Notes: generated from the letters alone by a model not told the origin. A stretch of 64,000 nt of DNA from Eubacteriales Family XIII. Incertae Sedis bacterium (GCA_031256875.1 JAIRPQ010000065.1:2264-66263); one strand, 5' to 3'. Counted from the first letter of the stretch, positions 9,912 to 19,265 are shown. Numbers and translations are program-made.

Positions 9912-10982
9912 TCAGCTAATCTGGCCGGGATCCTCGTTGATGCCCTTGTTTGTGATATCGTCTTCCGTGATGGTCGCGGTGTCAAGTCCGACCTCATCCA
10001 GATACTGAGTACCCGTGGGGGCGTCCCCGCCGCTTTCCATCGCCTGAATCCACTCCGCTATCTGCGAAGCCTGGCGCGGATTGCACTGGCCGTCATAGTT
10101 CCAGTTGCCGGCCTGCACCTCGCGCAGCGCGAAGCGGTTGAAGTCGAAGCCCATGATGACGACATCGCCGTCCTTGCCGTGGCTGATGCCCGCCGCGTCA
10201 AGCGCCGCGACAGCGCCCTGCGCCATGCCGTCGTTCTCGGCATAGATGACGTTGAACTTCGTGCCGCCCGTTATCGCGGCTTCCACTACCTTGCGGGCCT
10301 CGTCGCTGCTCCAGCTGTCGCCGCCCGTGCCGTCCGCGACGATCTTCAAATCGCCGGCGTCCTCAGCCTTTGTGACCGCTTCGCTGCGCCCGAGTTCGGC
10401 GGCCGAGCCAACCTGCCCACGGATGAGGATGACGTTGTACTCGTCAAGCCCCTGATTCAAAAGCCACTCGACGGCGGTCGTGCCCTCGGCGTACATGTCG
10501 GAAACCAGAGCTGCCTGATAGTTGCTCTCGTCGGTTTCGATGGTGCGGTCAAACAGGAATACCTTCACGCCCGCTTCTTTCGCGGAGGTGAGCACGCCGT
10601 CCCAGCCGGTCGCGTTCGCCGCCGAAATCAGGAGATAGTCAACGCCATCGCGGATATAGCCTTCCGCGGCCGCGATCTGCTCGCTGTTGTCGGCAGTGTT
10701 GGTCTGCTTCATGTCGTATCCGTTCGCGGACGAGAATACATCGTTCATGTCCTCGACGTTCGCCTGCCTGTATCCCGACTCCTCAGGCGGCAGGTTCACG
10801 ATGCCGACCTTGATGGCTTCGCCGGCGGTGTCCGCCGCAGTGTCCGCCGCGCCATCCGCCGCGGTCTCTTCCGTGGTAGTCGCGTCCTCCGTTGCCGGTG
10901 CGTCGCTGCCACCGCCGCCGCTGCACGCAGCAAGCGACAGAACCAGCGCAATTGCGATAGCTAGTACGAATATTTTTTTCAT
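9912..10982 (-). CDS. Sugar ABC transporter substrate-binding lipoprotein (YtfQ/RbsB-like)
   Basis: 356 aa with lipobox LSLAACSGG, an acidic Thr/Ala linker and then a periplasmic-binding-protein type I fold sequence. It is the first gene of the operon. Confidence 0.85.
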   Translation of the reverse strand: MKKIFVLAIAIALVLSLAACSGGGGSDAPATEDATTTEETAADGAADTAADTAGEAIKVGIVNLPPEESGYRQANVEDMNDVFSSANGYDMKQTNTADNSEQIAAAEGYIRDGVDYLLISAANATGWDGVLTSAKEAGVKVFLFDRTIETDESNYQAALVSDMYAEGTTAVEWLLNQGLDEYNVILIRGQVGSAAELGRSEAVTKAEDAGDLKIVADGTGGDSWSSDEARKVVEAAITGGTKFNVIYAENDGMAQGAVAALDAAGISHGKDGDVVIMGFDFNRFALREVQAGNWNYDGQCNPRQASQIAEWIQAMESGGDAPTGTQYLDEVGLDTATITEDDITNKGINEDPGQIS

Positions 10983-11034
10983 TCCGCTTCCTCCTTAAAT
11001 ATACAATGATCCGTAAAAATACAACCGAGTGCTT

Positions 11035-11050
11035 ACTTATACGGACAAGT
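11035..11050. promoter_or_regulatory. Candidate AraR operator overlapping the -10/+1
   Basis: The minus strand reads ACTTGTCCGTATAAGT, an imperfect palindrome. It matches the AraR box core TTGTACGTACAA as I recall it from Bacillus/Clostridium at about 12 of 16 positions. Confidence 0.45.
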
Positions 11051-11076
11051 ATACAGGCATCGAGGAAAGTTGTCAA
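11048..11076 (-). promoter_or_regulatory. Promoter of the sugar ABC-araA operon
   Basis: On the minus strand: TTGACA (11071-11076), a 17-nt spacer, and TATACT (11048-11053). Confidence 0.55.
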
Positions 11077-11085
11077 TACATATTT
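11067..11085. repeat. 19-bp exact repeat, copy 1 (AAGTTGTCAATACATATTT): -35 region/candidate AraR box of the transporter operon
   Basis: Identical to 12258-12276. It contains TTGACA (minus strand) and an ATGTAttgACAA pseudo-palindrome. It overlaps the araR stop codon. Confidence 0.6.
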
Positions 11086-12166
11086 ATATTTTTTTTGTTG
11101 ATTTTCTTTCGATAAGCTTTGGCGCGAAAATGATATCGTCCGCGGTGTTCGAGCCGCTGCGCAACATCTCTATCAGCAGCGTTGCCGTCGCTTCCCCGAG
11201 CTTTTGCTGGGGATGGCGGGCCGTCGTAAGGCGCGGTTCGCATACCGTCGCGAGCTTCGAGTCGTCTATGCCCGTCACGGAAATGTCGGCGGGGACCTTG
11301 TAGCCTTCTTTCCCGCAGAAATCGAGCAGGCTCACGGCAAGGCTGTCGTTGTAGCACACGACCGCGGTAGAGCCTTTCAGCAGCTCTATGATCCTAGCGC
11401 GCGAGGACTCGAACATCGTTACCCTGTCGTTGGTGGAATACCAGAGCACACGCTTTTCGGCATCCGCGATGTCGTTTTCCTCAAAGGCTTTCATGAATCC
11501 CTGGTAGCGGCTGTGGCCCTGCATATCGTCGAAAGTGAATATGCCGGCTATCTTTCTGTGCCCCTGCGAAATCAGGTGCTTCGTCACGATATATCCTGCC
11601 GCCACATCGTCCATCGCCACGCACGGAAAATCCGCCCATGGGTATTTTGTGTTGAAAAATACAAGCGGTATGCCCCTTTTGCGTATCTCATCGTACAGCT
11701 CCGTGTTCGGGTTTGGCAGCGCGCTTTTCGACGGCTCGACGATGAGCCCCGATACGTTTTGGGACAACATCTCCCGCAGCGCGCGCGTCTCCTCGTATGC
11801 CATGTCGCGGGTGGTGGACAGCCATATGGACGTATTGTTCTTCGCCAATACGCGCTCGATGCCCGTCACGATGCTCGGGAATATATAGTCGGAAAAATAC
11901 GTGGAAATGACGCCTATCTTCACGGCCTCTTTCGCTTCCCCGCCGTAGGTGGCCTTCACGTATGTGCCGCTGCCGCGCTTCCGCGCCAATATCCCCTGCC
12001 GCTCCAGAACATCCAGCGCCTGCCTTATCGTCTGCCTGCTGACACCGTGTATCTCGCACAGCTCCGCCTCGGAAAAGAAGCGGTCGCCGGCGCCCATCCG
12101 CTTTTCGACAATCGTCTCCTTCGCCCACTCGACTATCGCGAGATATTTGTAATTATTCGTTTTCAA
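11084..12166 (-). CDS. araR: AraR-type repressor (GntR wHTH N-terminus + LacI/GalR-type sugar-binding C-terminus)
   Basis: 360 aa. The N-terminal FFSEAELCEIHGVSRQTIRQALDVLERQGIL is a GntR-type HTH, and the remaining ~290 aa are periplasmic-binding-fold like. This architecture and size match B. subtilis AraR. It is adjacent to the araA operon. Confidence 0.8.
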   Translation of the reverse strand: MKTNNYKYLAIVEWAKETIVEKRMGAGDRFFSEAELCEIHGVSRQTIRQALDVLERQGILARKRGSGTYVKATYGGEAKEAVKIGVISTYFSDYIFPSIVTGIERVLAKNNTSIWLSTTRDMAYEETRALREMLSQNVSGLIVEPSKSALPNPNTELYDEIRKRGIPLVFFNTKYPWADFPCVAMDDVAAGYIVTKHLISQGHRKIAGIFTFDDMQGHSRYQGFMKAFEENDIADAEKRVLWYSTNDRVTMFESSRARIIELLKGSTAVVCYNDSLAVSLLDFCGKEGYKVPADISVTGIDDSKLATVCEPRLTTARHPQQKLGEATATLLIEMLRSGSNTADDIIFAPKLIERKSTKKI

Positions 12167-12257
12167 TTCTGCTCCTATTTACATCTTTATACAGCTTTAT
12201 ACATTTGGGAAACGATGATTAAATCACCGACTTTCATAAATGTATCATTTCCAGTCC

Positions 12258-12276
12258 AAGTTGTCAATACATATTT
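12258..12276. repeat. 19-bp exact repeat, copy 2: -35 region/candidate AraR box of araR itself
   Basis: Identical to 11067-11085. Together with TACATT at 12239-12244 (17-nt spacer) it forms a minus-strand promoter ~75 nt upstream of the araR ATG. Confidence 0.6.
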
Positions 12277-12429
12277 TGTTTGTTTAGAAGTTGTATGTTG
12301 TTTTCATGGCAGCTGCCGCGTACATATAGTATAATAATGTTTCGATGATTAGCAAGTTATTGTTGGGCGGCAGCGCCCTGATGCGGATGTAGTTGCCCCG
12401 CGTCATTACTATATAGGAGCCAGCGACCA

Positions 12430-13368
12430 ATGCCAATACTCGTGCCCAGCGGCCTGCCCGCATACGACATACTTTCAGACGAGAACATCTTCGTCATGTA
12501 TAAGGACGTTGCGACGAAGCAGGACATACGTCCGCTGAAAATCGGAATCGTGAATCTCATGCCCATCAAAGAGGTGACGGAAACGCAGCTCATCAGGATG
12601 CTCGCGAACACGCCGCTCCAAGTGGACTTGCAGCTGCTGACGCTTTCGACGCACAAGGCGACGCACACCGACCCGCTGCATATGGAGAATTTCTATATCA
12701 CCTTCGACAAGATTCGCGACGAGCGCTTCGATGGGCTCATCATCACGGGCGCGCCCATCGAGACGCTTCCGTTCGAGGAAGTCGATTATTGGCAGGAGCT
12801 GACCGAGATAATGGACTATTCGCGCTCGAACGTGTTCAGCACGCTGCATCTGTGCTGGGGCTCGCAGGCGGCGCTCTACCACCATTTCGGCATTGAGAAG
12901 CAGCTGCTGCCGAAAAAGCTGTTCGGCGTCTACGAGCACAGCGTCGTTGACAAGAAATCCGAATTTATGCGCGGGTTCGATGAGTTTTTCTACGCGCCGC
13001 ATTCGAGGCACACCGACATCCCGCGCGCGGCTATCGCGGCCGAACCGCGCCTGAACATTCTAGCCGAGTCCGAGGACGCGGGCGTCCACATGATAGCGAC
13101 GACCGACAAGCGCATGGTGTTCCTGCAAGGGCATTTCGAGTACGACTGGAACACGCTCAAGCTCGAGTACGAGCGCGACATGGCGAAGGGAATGAACCCC
13201 GAAATCCCCATCGGCTATTTCAAGGACAACGACCCGTCCAAATGGATTGTCGTGAAATGGAGCAGTCACGGAAATCTTTTCTTCGGGAACTGGCTGAACT
13301 TCGTCTACCAGATGACGCCGTTCGACCTGAACGACCTGGATAAATACTGGACGGCGGCTGGGATTTGA
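12430..13368 (+). CDS. metA: Homoserine O-acyltransferase (MetA family)
   Basis: 312 aa: MPILVPSGLPAYDILSDENIFVM...IGIVNLMPIK... This is the typical MetA N-terminus and length. Confidence 0.92.
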   Translation: MPILVPSGLPAYDILSDENIFVMYKDVATKQDIRPLKIGIVNLMPIKEVTETQLIRMLANTPLQVDLQLLTLSTHKATHTDPLHMENFYITFDKIRDERFDGLIITGAPIETLPFEEVDYWQELTEIMDYSRSNVFSTLHLCWGSQAALYHHFGIEKQLLPKKLFGVYEHSVVDKKSEFMRGFDEFFYAPHSRHTDIPRAAIAAEPRLNILAESEDAGVHMIATTDKRMVFLQGHFEYDWNTLKLEYERDMAKGMNPEIPIGYFKDNDPSKWIVVKWSSHGNLFFGNWLNFVYQMTPFDLNDLDKYWTAAGI

Positions 13369-14714
13369 GCGTGGGCATGAAGTTAGACGGTATGAATTTT
13401 GACGGTATGAATAATGGGAATAATTTCGCTGTGGCACCCGGCGCAGAATCGGGCGCGGCGGCGGCAGGTTCTGACTGCCCGCATGTCGGCATCTGTGGCG
13501 GCTGCGCGTATCGCGGCGTGCCATACGACGAACAGCTTGAAATAAAAAACGCGCAGGTTTTGGAATACCTGCACGACAACAAGGTCGTGCCGCTGGCATA
13601 CGACGGCATAGCGCCCGCGCCGCGCAGCTCCGCCTACCGCAACAGGATGGACTACAGCTTCGGCGATGAAGTGAAGGACGGCGAGATGACGCTCGGCCTA
13701 CACAAGCGCGGCAGCTATATGTCCGTCATAGACACGGACGGCTGCCTGATAGTGCCTGATGATTTCAATACTATAAGGGAAGCCGTACTCGCATGGGCGC
13801 GCGCGTCCGGACACGGGTTCTGGCACAAGCGCACCCACAGCGGGTTTCTGCGCTCACTGGTTTTGCGGCGCGGCGAACGCACGCGGGAGCTTCTCGTGAA
13901 CCTGGTCACAACGGACGAGGAAACGCTGGACGCGGAAAATTTCATGGACATGGTTCGCGGGCTGCCGCTCACGGATTCGATCAGCGGCATCGTCCACACT
14001 ATCTATAACGGGCGCGCTGACACGGTAGCCTGTGACTCCATGAGTACGCTTTTCGGTCGCGACCATTTCTTCGAAGAACTTCTCGGGCTGCGCTTCCGCG
14101 TGAACGCGCTCTCGTTCTTCCAGACCAACACATCCGCGGTCGAAGCCATGTTCGCGGAAGCGCTGACCATGCTGCCCGACCTGAACGGCAAAGCCGTGTT
14201 CGACCTGTACTGCGGCACGGGTACGATATCACTGGCGGTCGCGTCACGCGCGGCGTCGGTGACGGGCGTGGAGATAGTACCCGAATCCGTCCGCGCCGCC
14301 GAGGAAAACGCCGCGCTGAACAACACCGCGAACTGCCGCTTCATCTGCGGCGACGCGCTGGAAGCCCTAGAGCGCATAGACGGCGGGGCAGCGCCGGAGC
14401 GGGCGAACGGCATTGATGGCGGCGAGACGCGGCGCGAGAACCGTGAACCGCACGAGCGCGGCGCAGTTTTTCCGGCAAAGCCCGACGTGCTGGTGGTGGA
14501 TCCGCCGCGCATGGGGATGCACCCGAAAGCGCTGCGAAAGATTCTGTCGTACGGGTTGCCCGAGATTCTCTACATCAGCTGCAACCCCAAGACCTTCGCC
14601 CGCGACATGGCGGCGATGCAGTTCGTGGGCTACCGCCTGGACCGGCTGAAAGCCTACGACAATTTCCCATACACCAAGCACACAGAACTAGCCGCGCGCA
14701 TAGTCCGCAGCTAG
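13365..14714 (+). CDS. RumA/TrmA-family RNA (uracil-C5)-methyltransferase
   Basis: Motifs seen: Cys cluster CPHVGICGGCAYRG, SAM motif VFDLYCGTGTISL, DPPRMG, and catalytic ISCNP. A low-complexity insert (ERIDGGAAPERANGIDGGETRRENREPHERG) sits before motif IV. The start may be ATG 13377 rather than TTG 13365. Confidence 0.85.
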   Translation: MSVGMKLDGMNFDGMNNGNNFAVAPGAESGAAAAGSDCPHVGICGGCAYRGVPYDEQLEIKNAQVLEYLHDNKVVPLAYDGIAPAPRSSAYRNRMDYSFGDEVKDGEMTLGLHKRGSYMSVIDTDGCLIVPDDFNTIREAVLAWARASGHGFWHKRTHSGFLRSLVLRRGERTRELLVNLVTTDEETLDAENFMDMVRGLPLTDSISGIVHTIYNGRADTVACDSMSTLFGRDHFFEELLGLRFRVNALSFFQTNTSAVEAMFAEALTMLPDLNGKAVFDLYCGTGTISLAVASRAASVTGVEIVPESVRAAEENAALNNTANCRFICGDALEALERIDGGAAPERANGIDGGETRRENREPHERGAVFPAKPDVLVVDPPRMGMHPKALRKILSYGLPEILYISCNPKTFARDMAAMQFVGYRLDRLKAYDNFPYTKHTELAARIVRS

Positions 14715-14730
14715 GATTAATAATAATCGC

Positions 14731-14759
14731 CCGAAATAGCCGCTCGGCTTTGGCTTTTT
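14731..14759 (+). terminator. Candidate Rho-independent terminator after the methyltransferase gene
   Basis: An imperfect stem CCGAAAUAGCC-GCUC-GGCUUUGG is followed by CUUUUUA. It lies between convergent genes. Confidence 0.4.
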
Positions 14760-14760
14760 A

Positions 14761-15273
14761 TCAGCGTATGCGGTAGGGGTCTTTGGTTGCTTTTGCGGTT
14801 AGTTCGCCCCATATTTCGTTTCTCAGGAAATCCGGATAGACGTGCTCTATTTCGGTTATTTCTTTTTTCGAGAAAAATTTCAGGTCGGCCAGCACCTGAT
14901 TGTCTCCCAGCTCGGGGTCGGTGCCCAGCTTGGCGCAGCCGCCTGTTATCGTGCCCAGAAAGAAATTCACGAAGCGCTGCCCTCGTTTCTCGGAAACTTC
15001 TTCGACATGCCATAGCAGGTGCCCTATCTTCACGGCCAGCCCCGTTTCCTCAAGCACCTCGCGCGCCGCCGCGTCGCGCGAGTTTTCGTCAGGCTCGACC
15101 GCGCCGCCCGGCGGCATCCAGATGTCGCGACCCTCGTGCCGCTGCCGCACCAGCAATATGCGCGGCTCTCTCTCGCTGCCGTCCGCCACAGTGCCGCCAC
15201 CAGCCAAGCCGTCAAGCTCTGCCCCGCCGCCATCCGCATCGACTATTATCACACGCGCCCCGCCGGTCCACAT
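14761..15273 (-). CDS. NUDIX hydrolase
   Basis: Nudix box GGAVEPDENSRDAAAREVLEETGL. I set the start at ATG 15273 (GGAGGTG RBS). The 58-aa N-terminal extension in the track (to 15447) overlaps the divergent nuclease gene. Confidence 0.85.
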   Translation of the reverse strand: MWTGGARVIIVDADGGGAELDGLAGGGTVADGSEREPRILLVRQRHEGRDIWMPPGGAVEPDENSRDAAAREVLEETGLAVKIGHLLWHVEEVSEKRGQRFVNFFLGTITGGCAKLGTDPELGDNQVLADLKFFSKKEITEIEHVYPDFLRNEIWGELTAKATKDPYRIR

Positions 15274-15404
15274 ATTATTCACCTCCACAATTATTGCCAC
15301 AACAATTATTCTCCGAATAAAACCAGTATACCACGTGCAGCCGGATATGAGCAGCGTCGCCCAAAACGCTTTAATTCGCCTTCGGATATTGATATAATTA
15401 GACC

Positions 15405-16289
15405 ATGATGAACCCAATTCACAGAACGCATATTGGATGGCTGTCATTGGTGGCCTTGGTCGTTGTCATGGCCTTGCTGGTCGGCTGCGGCGATTCGGAT
15501 TCGGGCGGCAGCGGCAGCGAAAGCGGATACGATGACGCCGGCGCGGATGCGTATGTCGCGGAAGCCCAGCAGTCCGATGGCTCCGAAAGCGAAGGCGAGA
15601 CGACCGCAGGAAGCGGGGAGGACCAGAGCGATGAGGGAATCGAAGCCGACCCCCAGGAGGCCGCGCTGCCGGCGGAGGACGTGCCGCCCGCGCCGGAGCT
15701 TGTCTCTGCGTACGTGACCCGCGTTATCGACGGAGACACGATAGAGGTGTCTCTGCCCGATGGCTCTGTCGAGAAAGTCCGGCTGATTGGCGTGGACACG
15801 CCCGAGAGCGTCCACCCTGACAAGAGCCGCAATGTCCCTTACGGCGATATCGCGTCCGCGTTCACGAAGGATCATCTGAGCGGGAAAACCGTCGGGCTTG
15901 AATTTGACGTGCAGGAGCGGGACAAGTACGGCCGGCTGCTCGCATACGTCTACCTCGGCGATATCATGTTCAACGAGCTTCTGGTCTCAGAGGGGCATGC
16001 GTCCGTCAGCACTTATCCGCCGAACGTGAAATACGTCGAACGCTTCACGGCGGGACAGCTTGCCGCGCGCAACGCGGGGCTCGGCCAATGGGGTTATACG
16101 CCGCCAGAGGAAAGCGCCCCTGATGAAAGCGCCGGCGGCGAATATATCGGCTCCGCAAGGTCATACAAATTTCATTATACAGACTGCGTATGGGGGCAAA
16201 AAATCACAAGCAACAACGCGGTATATTTCGCAAGCCGCGACGAAGCGATAGCTGCGGGATTCGCGCCATGCAAGGTCTGCAACCCCTAG
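15405..16289 (+). CDS. Secreted thermonuclease (SNase)-family lipoprotein with C-terminal Ada-like zinc-binding motif
   Basis: Lipobox LLVGCGDS, an acidic linker, SNase motifs VIDGDTIEV and RLIGVDTPE, and a C-terminal FHYTDC...GFAPCKVC. Confidence 0.8.
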   Translation: MMNPIHRTHIGWLSLVALVVVMALLVGCGDSDSGGSGSESGYDDAGADAYVAEAQQSDGSESEGETTAGSGEDQSDEGIEADPQEAALPAEDVPPAPELVSAYVTRVIDGDTIEVSLPDGSVEKVRLIGVDTPESVHPDKSRNVPYGDIASAFTKDHLSGKTVGLEFDVQERDKYGRLLAYVYLGDIMFNELLVSEGHASVSTYPPNVKYVERFTAGQLAARNAGLGQWGYTPPEESAPDESAGGEYIGSARSYKFHYTDCVWGQKITSNNAVYFASRDEAIAAGFAPCKVCNP

Positions 16290-16423
16290 CGCCGTTATTA
16301 AACGCTTGATAATCACTGAACCGATTCGGTAACACACGATGCGCAAAAATAAAGCATGATTGTGTTATACTCTAAGGAAGCAATGATTATTACCGGCGGA
16401 GCTTGAATGCAGGGAGAGAGATA

Positions 16424-17755
16424 ATGAACGAACCAAAGGACATACGCGCGGCGGCGGCGGCCGCTAAGGAGAGCAGCTATATATTGGCGGCGCAGAGCGA
16501 CCAGGCTCGGAACGCCGCGCTTGAAAACATAATTGATTCGCTTCGCGCGAACAAGGATGCCATCATCGCCGCGAACGAAAAGGACCTTGATGCCGCGGAG
16601 CGTGGCGGGCTGCCCGCGCCCATCGTGAAGCGGCTTCGCTTCGACAGCGGCAAGATAGACGAAGTAATCGCGGGGATATGCGACCTCATCAAGCTGCCTA
16701 GCCCGCTCGGAAAGACCATCGCCATGCGCGAACTGGACGAGGGGCTGACGCTCGAACAGGTCACCTGCCCCATCGGAGTCATCGGAGTGATTTTCGAATC
16801 CAGGCCGGACGCGCTGGTGCAGATAGCGTCGCTCTGTATCAAGAGCGGCAACTGCGCCGTGCTGAAGGGCGGCAGCGAGGCCGCGCACACGAACCGCATA
16901 TTATTTGAAAAGATACACGCGGCGGGGCTGGCTGCGGGACTGCCCCGCGGGTTCCTCACGCTCGCCGAATCGCGCGAGGAGATTTCGGGCCTGCTGCAAT
17001 GCCATGAGTCCATCGACCTCATCATCCCGCGCGGCTCGAACGAGTTCGTCAAATACATCATGGACAACAGCGACATCCCAGTAATGGGACATGCCGACGG
17101 GGTCTGCCACGTCTATGTGGACGCGGACGCCGACATCGAAAAGGCCGTGCCGATAGTGCGCGACAGCAAGGTGCAGTACGCCGCCGCCTGCAACGCGGCG
17201 GAAACCGTGCTCGTGCATAGAAATATCGCGGACAGGCTGCTACCGCCGCTCGGGGCGGAGCTGCGACAGCGCGGGGTGGCCGTGCGCGGCACGGACGAGG
17301 TCCGGAATCTGCTGCCCGATGCCGAGGCAGCGTCGGACGCCGACTGGAGAACCGAATATCTGGATTTGATTTTGAGCATAAGGATCGTGGAAAGCGCTGA
17401 CGAAGCGATACGCCATATCAACGCATACGGGTCGCACCACACGGACTGCATCGTAACCGAGTCGGACGAAGCCGCTGAGACATTCACGCGCCTCGTGGAC
17501 TCTGCGGGTGTCTACCGCAACTGCTCGACGCGGTTCGCGGACGGATTCCGCTACGGGCTGGGCGCGGAGGTCGGAATCAGCACGGGCAAGCTGCACGCCC
17601 GCGGACCGGTCGGGCTGGACGGGCTGACCACGTACAAATACAAGCTGACAGGCAGCGGCCACATCGTGGACGATTACGCGAGCGGCAAGAAATCATTCCA
17701 CTTCAAGGAGCTAAAGCCGGATATCGCATACCTGACGCACGGGTTCTCGGGGTAG
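16424..17755 (+). CDS. proA: Glutamate-5-semialdehyde dehydrogenase (gamma-glutamyl phosphate reductase)
   Basis: About 443 aa with the ProA-like sequence throughout. I chose ATG 16424 (GGGAGAGAG RBS) rather than TTG 16403. Confidence 0.9.
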   Translation: MNEPKDIRAAAAAAKESSYILAAQSDQARNAALENIIDSLRANKDAIIAANEKDLDAAERGGLPAPIVKRLRFDSGKIDEVIAGICDLIKLPSPLGKTIAMRELDEGLTLEQVTCPIGVIGVIFESRPDALVQIASLCIKSGNCAVLKGGSEAAHTNRILFEKIHAAGLAAGLPRGFLTLAESREEISGLLQCHESIDLIIPRGSNEFVKYIMDNSDIPVMGHADGVCHVYVDADADIEKAVPIVRDSKVQYAAACNAAETVLVHRNIADRLLPPLGAELRQRGVAVRGTDEVRNLLPDAEAASDADWRTEYLDLILSIRIVESADEAIRHINAYGSHHTDCIVTESDEAAETFTRLVDSAGVYRNCSTRFADGFRYGLGAEVGISTGKLHARGPVGLDGLTTYKYKLTGSGHIVDDYASGKKSFHFKELKPDIAYLTHGFSG

Positions 17756-17814
17756 CAGCGGCGATATAGGACCGCCAAGCCGCCAGGCTGCCAGGCCACA
17801 CCGTGCCAAGCCGC

Positions 17815-18669
17815 TTACCCTTGCGCGGTCTCTCCTACCATCGGGTCTACCGCCGGCGTTATGTGGTGCGGGAAGTTCGGGTCGCGGTATGTTCTGATGA
17901 CCTTTACGGGGCACTCTTTGATGCACATTCCGCAGTTACGGCATTTCGCTTGGTCGATATACGCGATATTGTCTTTTATCTCTATAGCTTCGAATTTGCA
18001 TATCTTCGCGCAGCGTCCGCACGCTATGCAGCCGACGCTGCACATGACCCTGGTCGTTGAGCCCTTCTCGTTATTGCTGCATCTCACGAATGTGCTCGAG
18101 TTTCCGTTCGCTATTTCTATCAGCTTGTTCGGGCAGCGCTCCACGCACAGCCCGCAAGCGACGCATTTGTTCTTGTCCACCACAGCGATGCCATGGTACA
18201 TGTATATCGCGCCGTAGTCGCATACGTCCACGCAGTCCCCGTAGCCAAGGCAGGCTTTCGGGCAGGCACCTCGCCCTCTGTAAAATGTCTTGTTGGCGGC
18301 GCACGACTGCATGCCCCGATACGTCATAACATATCGCGTCTTTGAGAACGTGCCCGCGCATTTCACGCGCGCATAGCGCTTCTCCCCCTCGACAAATTCC
18401 ACGCCGAGTATCGTGCTGATTTTAGCGGCGACCTCCGCTCCGCCCACCGGACAGAGGTTCGCTTTCGCGCCGTTATTGGCAACAGCCGACGCGTAGTCGC
18501 TGCACCCCGCGAATCCGCATGCGCCGCAATTCGCGCCCGGCAGCACGCTGTTGATGTTGGCGGCGGTTTCGTCAACGCTCACAGCCATGTACTTCGCCGC
18601 GAGCGTCAGCCCGATGCCGGCCACGAGCCCGATGAGCGAAACGATTATTATTGGAAGCGCAATAGTCAT
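17815..18669 (-). CDS. rnfB: Rnf complex subunit B (polyferredoxin type)
   Basis: The real start MTIALPIIIVSLIGLVAGIG is at ATG 18669, which overlaps the rnfA stop (ATGA). There are multiple CxxCxxCxxxCP motifs (CVACGLCVERCP, CIACGRCAKICK, CRNCGMCIKECP). Confidence 0.9.
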   Translation of the reverse strand: MTIALPIIIVSLIGLVAGIGLTLAAKYMAVSVDETAANINSVLPGANCGACGFAGCSDYASAVANNGAKANLCPVGGAEVAAKISTILGVEFVEGEKRYARVKCAGTFSKTRYVMTYRGMQSCAANKTFYRGRGACPKACLGYGDCVDVCDYGAIYMYHGIAVVDKNKCVACGLCVERCPNKLIEIANGNSSTFVRCSNNEKGSTTRVMCSVGCIACGRCAKICKFEAIEIKDNIAYIDQAKCRNCGMCIKECPVKVIRTYRDPNFPHHITPAVDPMVGETAQG

Positions 18670-19265
18670 TTTCCGAACACCCCTTCCACCATTCCAGAGA
18701 AACCCATGAACGCGAGCGACAGTATCGACGCCGCTATCAGCACCGACGGCACGCCTTTGAACGTTTCGGGCACGTCCGCTTCCTCGATTTTCTGCCTGAT
18801 GCCCGAGAACAGCACCATGGCGAGCAGGAAGCCTATGCCCGCGCCGAACGCGTTGGCAATGGAGTGCGTGAAGGTGTAGCCGTTGTCGAAATTCAGTATC
18901 GTCACGCCGAGCACCGCGCAGTTCGTCGTGATGAGCGGCAGGTAGACGCCGAGCGACGAATGCAGCGCTGGCATGTATTTTTTCAGCATGATTTCGACGA
19001 GCTGAACCAACGCGGCAATAACAAGTATAAATACAATAATTTGCAGATATTCCAGTCCAAACCTCGCAAGCAGCAGCGCGTAGAGCGGCCACGTGACGGC
19101 GGTCGCGAGCACCATGACGAAGGTCACGGCGATGCTCATGCCGACCGACGAATCAAGGCGTTTCGACACGCCGAGGAAGGGGCAGATGCCGAGGAATTTC
19201 GACAGCACAAAATTGTCAACGAGGATGACGCTGAACAGGATGACCAGTATCTCTTTCATTAACAT
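18666..19265 (-). CDS. rnfA: Rnf complex subunit A
   Basis: 199 aa, polytopic; ...VDNFVLSKFLGICPFLGVS... is typical of RnfA/NqrE. Confidence 0.92.
   Translation of the reverse strand: MLMKEILVILFSVILVDNFVLSKFLGICPFLGVSKRLDSSVGMSIAVTFVMVLATAVTWPLYALLLARFGLEYLQIIVFILVIAALVQLVEIMLKKYMPALHSSLGVYLPLITTNCAVLGVTILNFDNGYTFTHSIANAFGAGIGFLLAMVLFSGIRQKIEEADVPETFKGVPSVLIAASILSLAFMGFSGMVEGVFGK

Noticed and set aside
9909-10964. 351-aa + strand ORF antisense to the sugar-binding lipoprotein gene
   Set aside because: It is Arg/Ala/Val-rich with no motifs and is an exact shadow of a well-supported minus-strand gene. This is a typical high-GC antisense open frame. The same applies to 29271..30182, 55890..56984, 57445..58497, 58577..59338, 47178..47804 and 11204..12334.
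12277-12429. SAM riboswitch or T-box upstream of metA
   Set aside because: The leader is only ~100 nt and lacks the S-box or T-box conserved cores I know. It has only small hairpins (GGGCG-GCAG-CGCCC). There is not enough evidence to call a riboswitch.
18670-19092. N-terminal 141-aa extension of the rnfB ORF given in the track
   Set aside because: It overlaps rnfA in another frame. The true RnfB N-terminal TM helix starts at ATG 18669 with the ATGA overlap typical of this operon. Similar over-extensions were trimmed for rnfE, rnfC, NUDIX, the APC permease, the aminotransferase, radA and proA.
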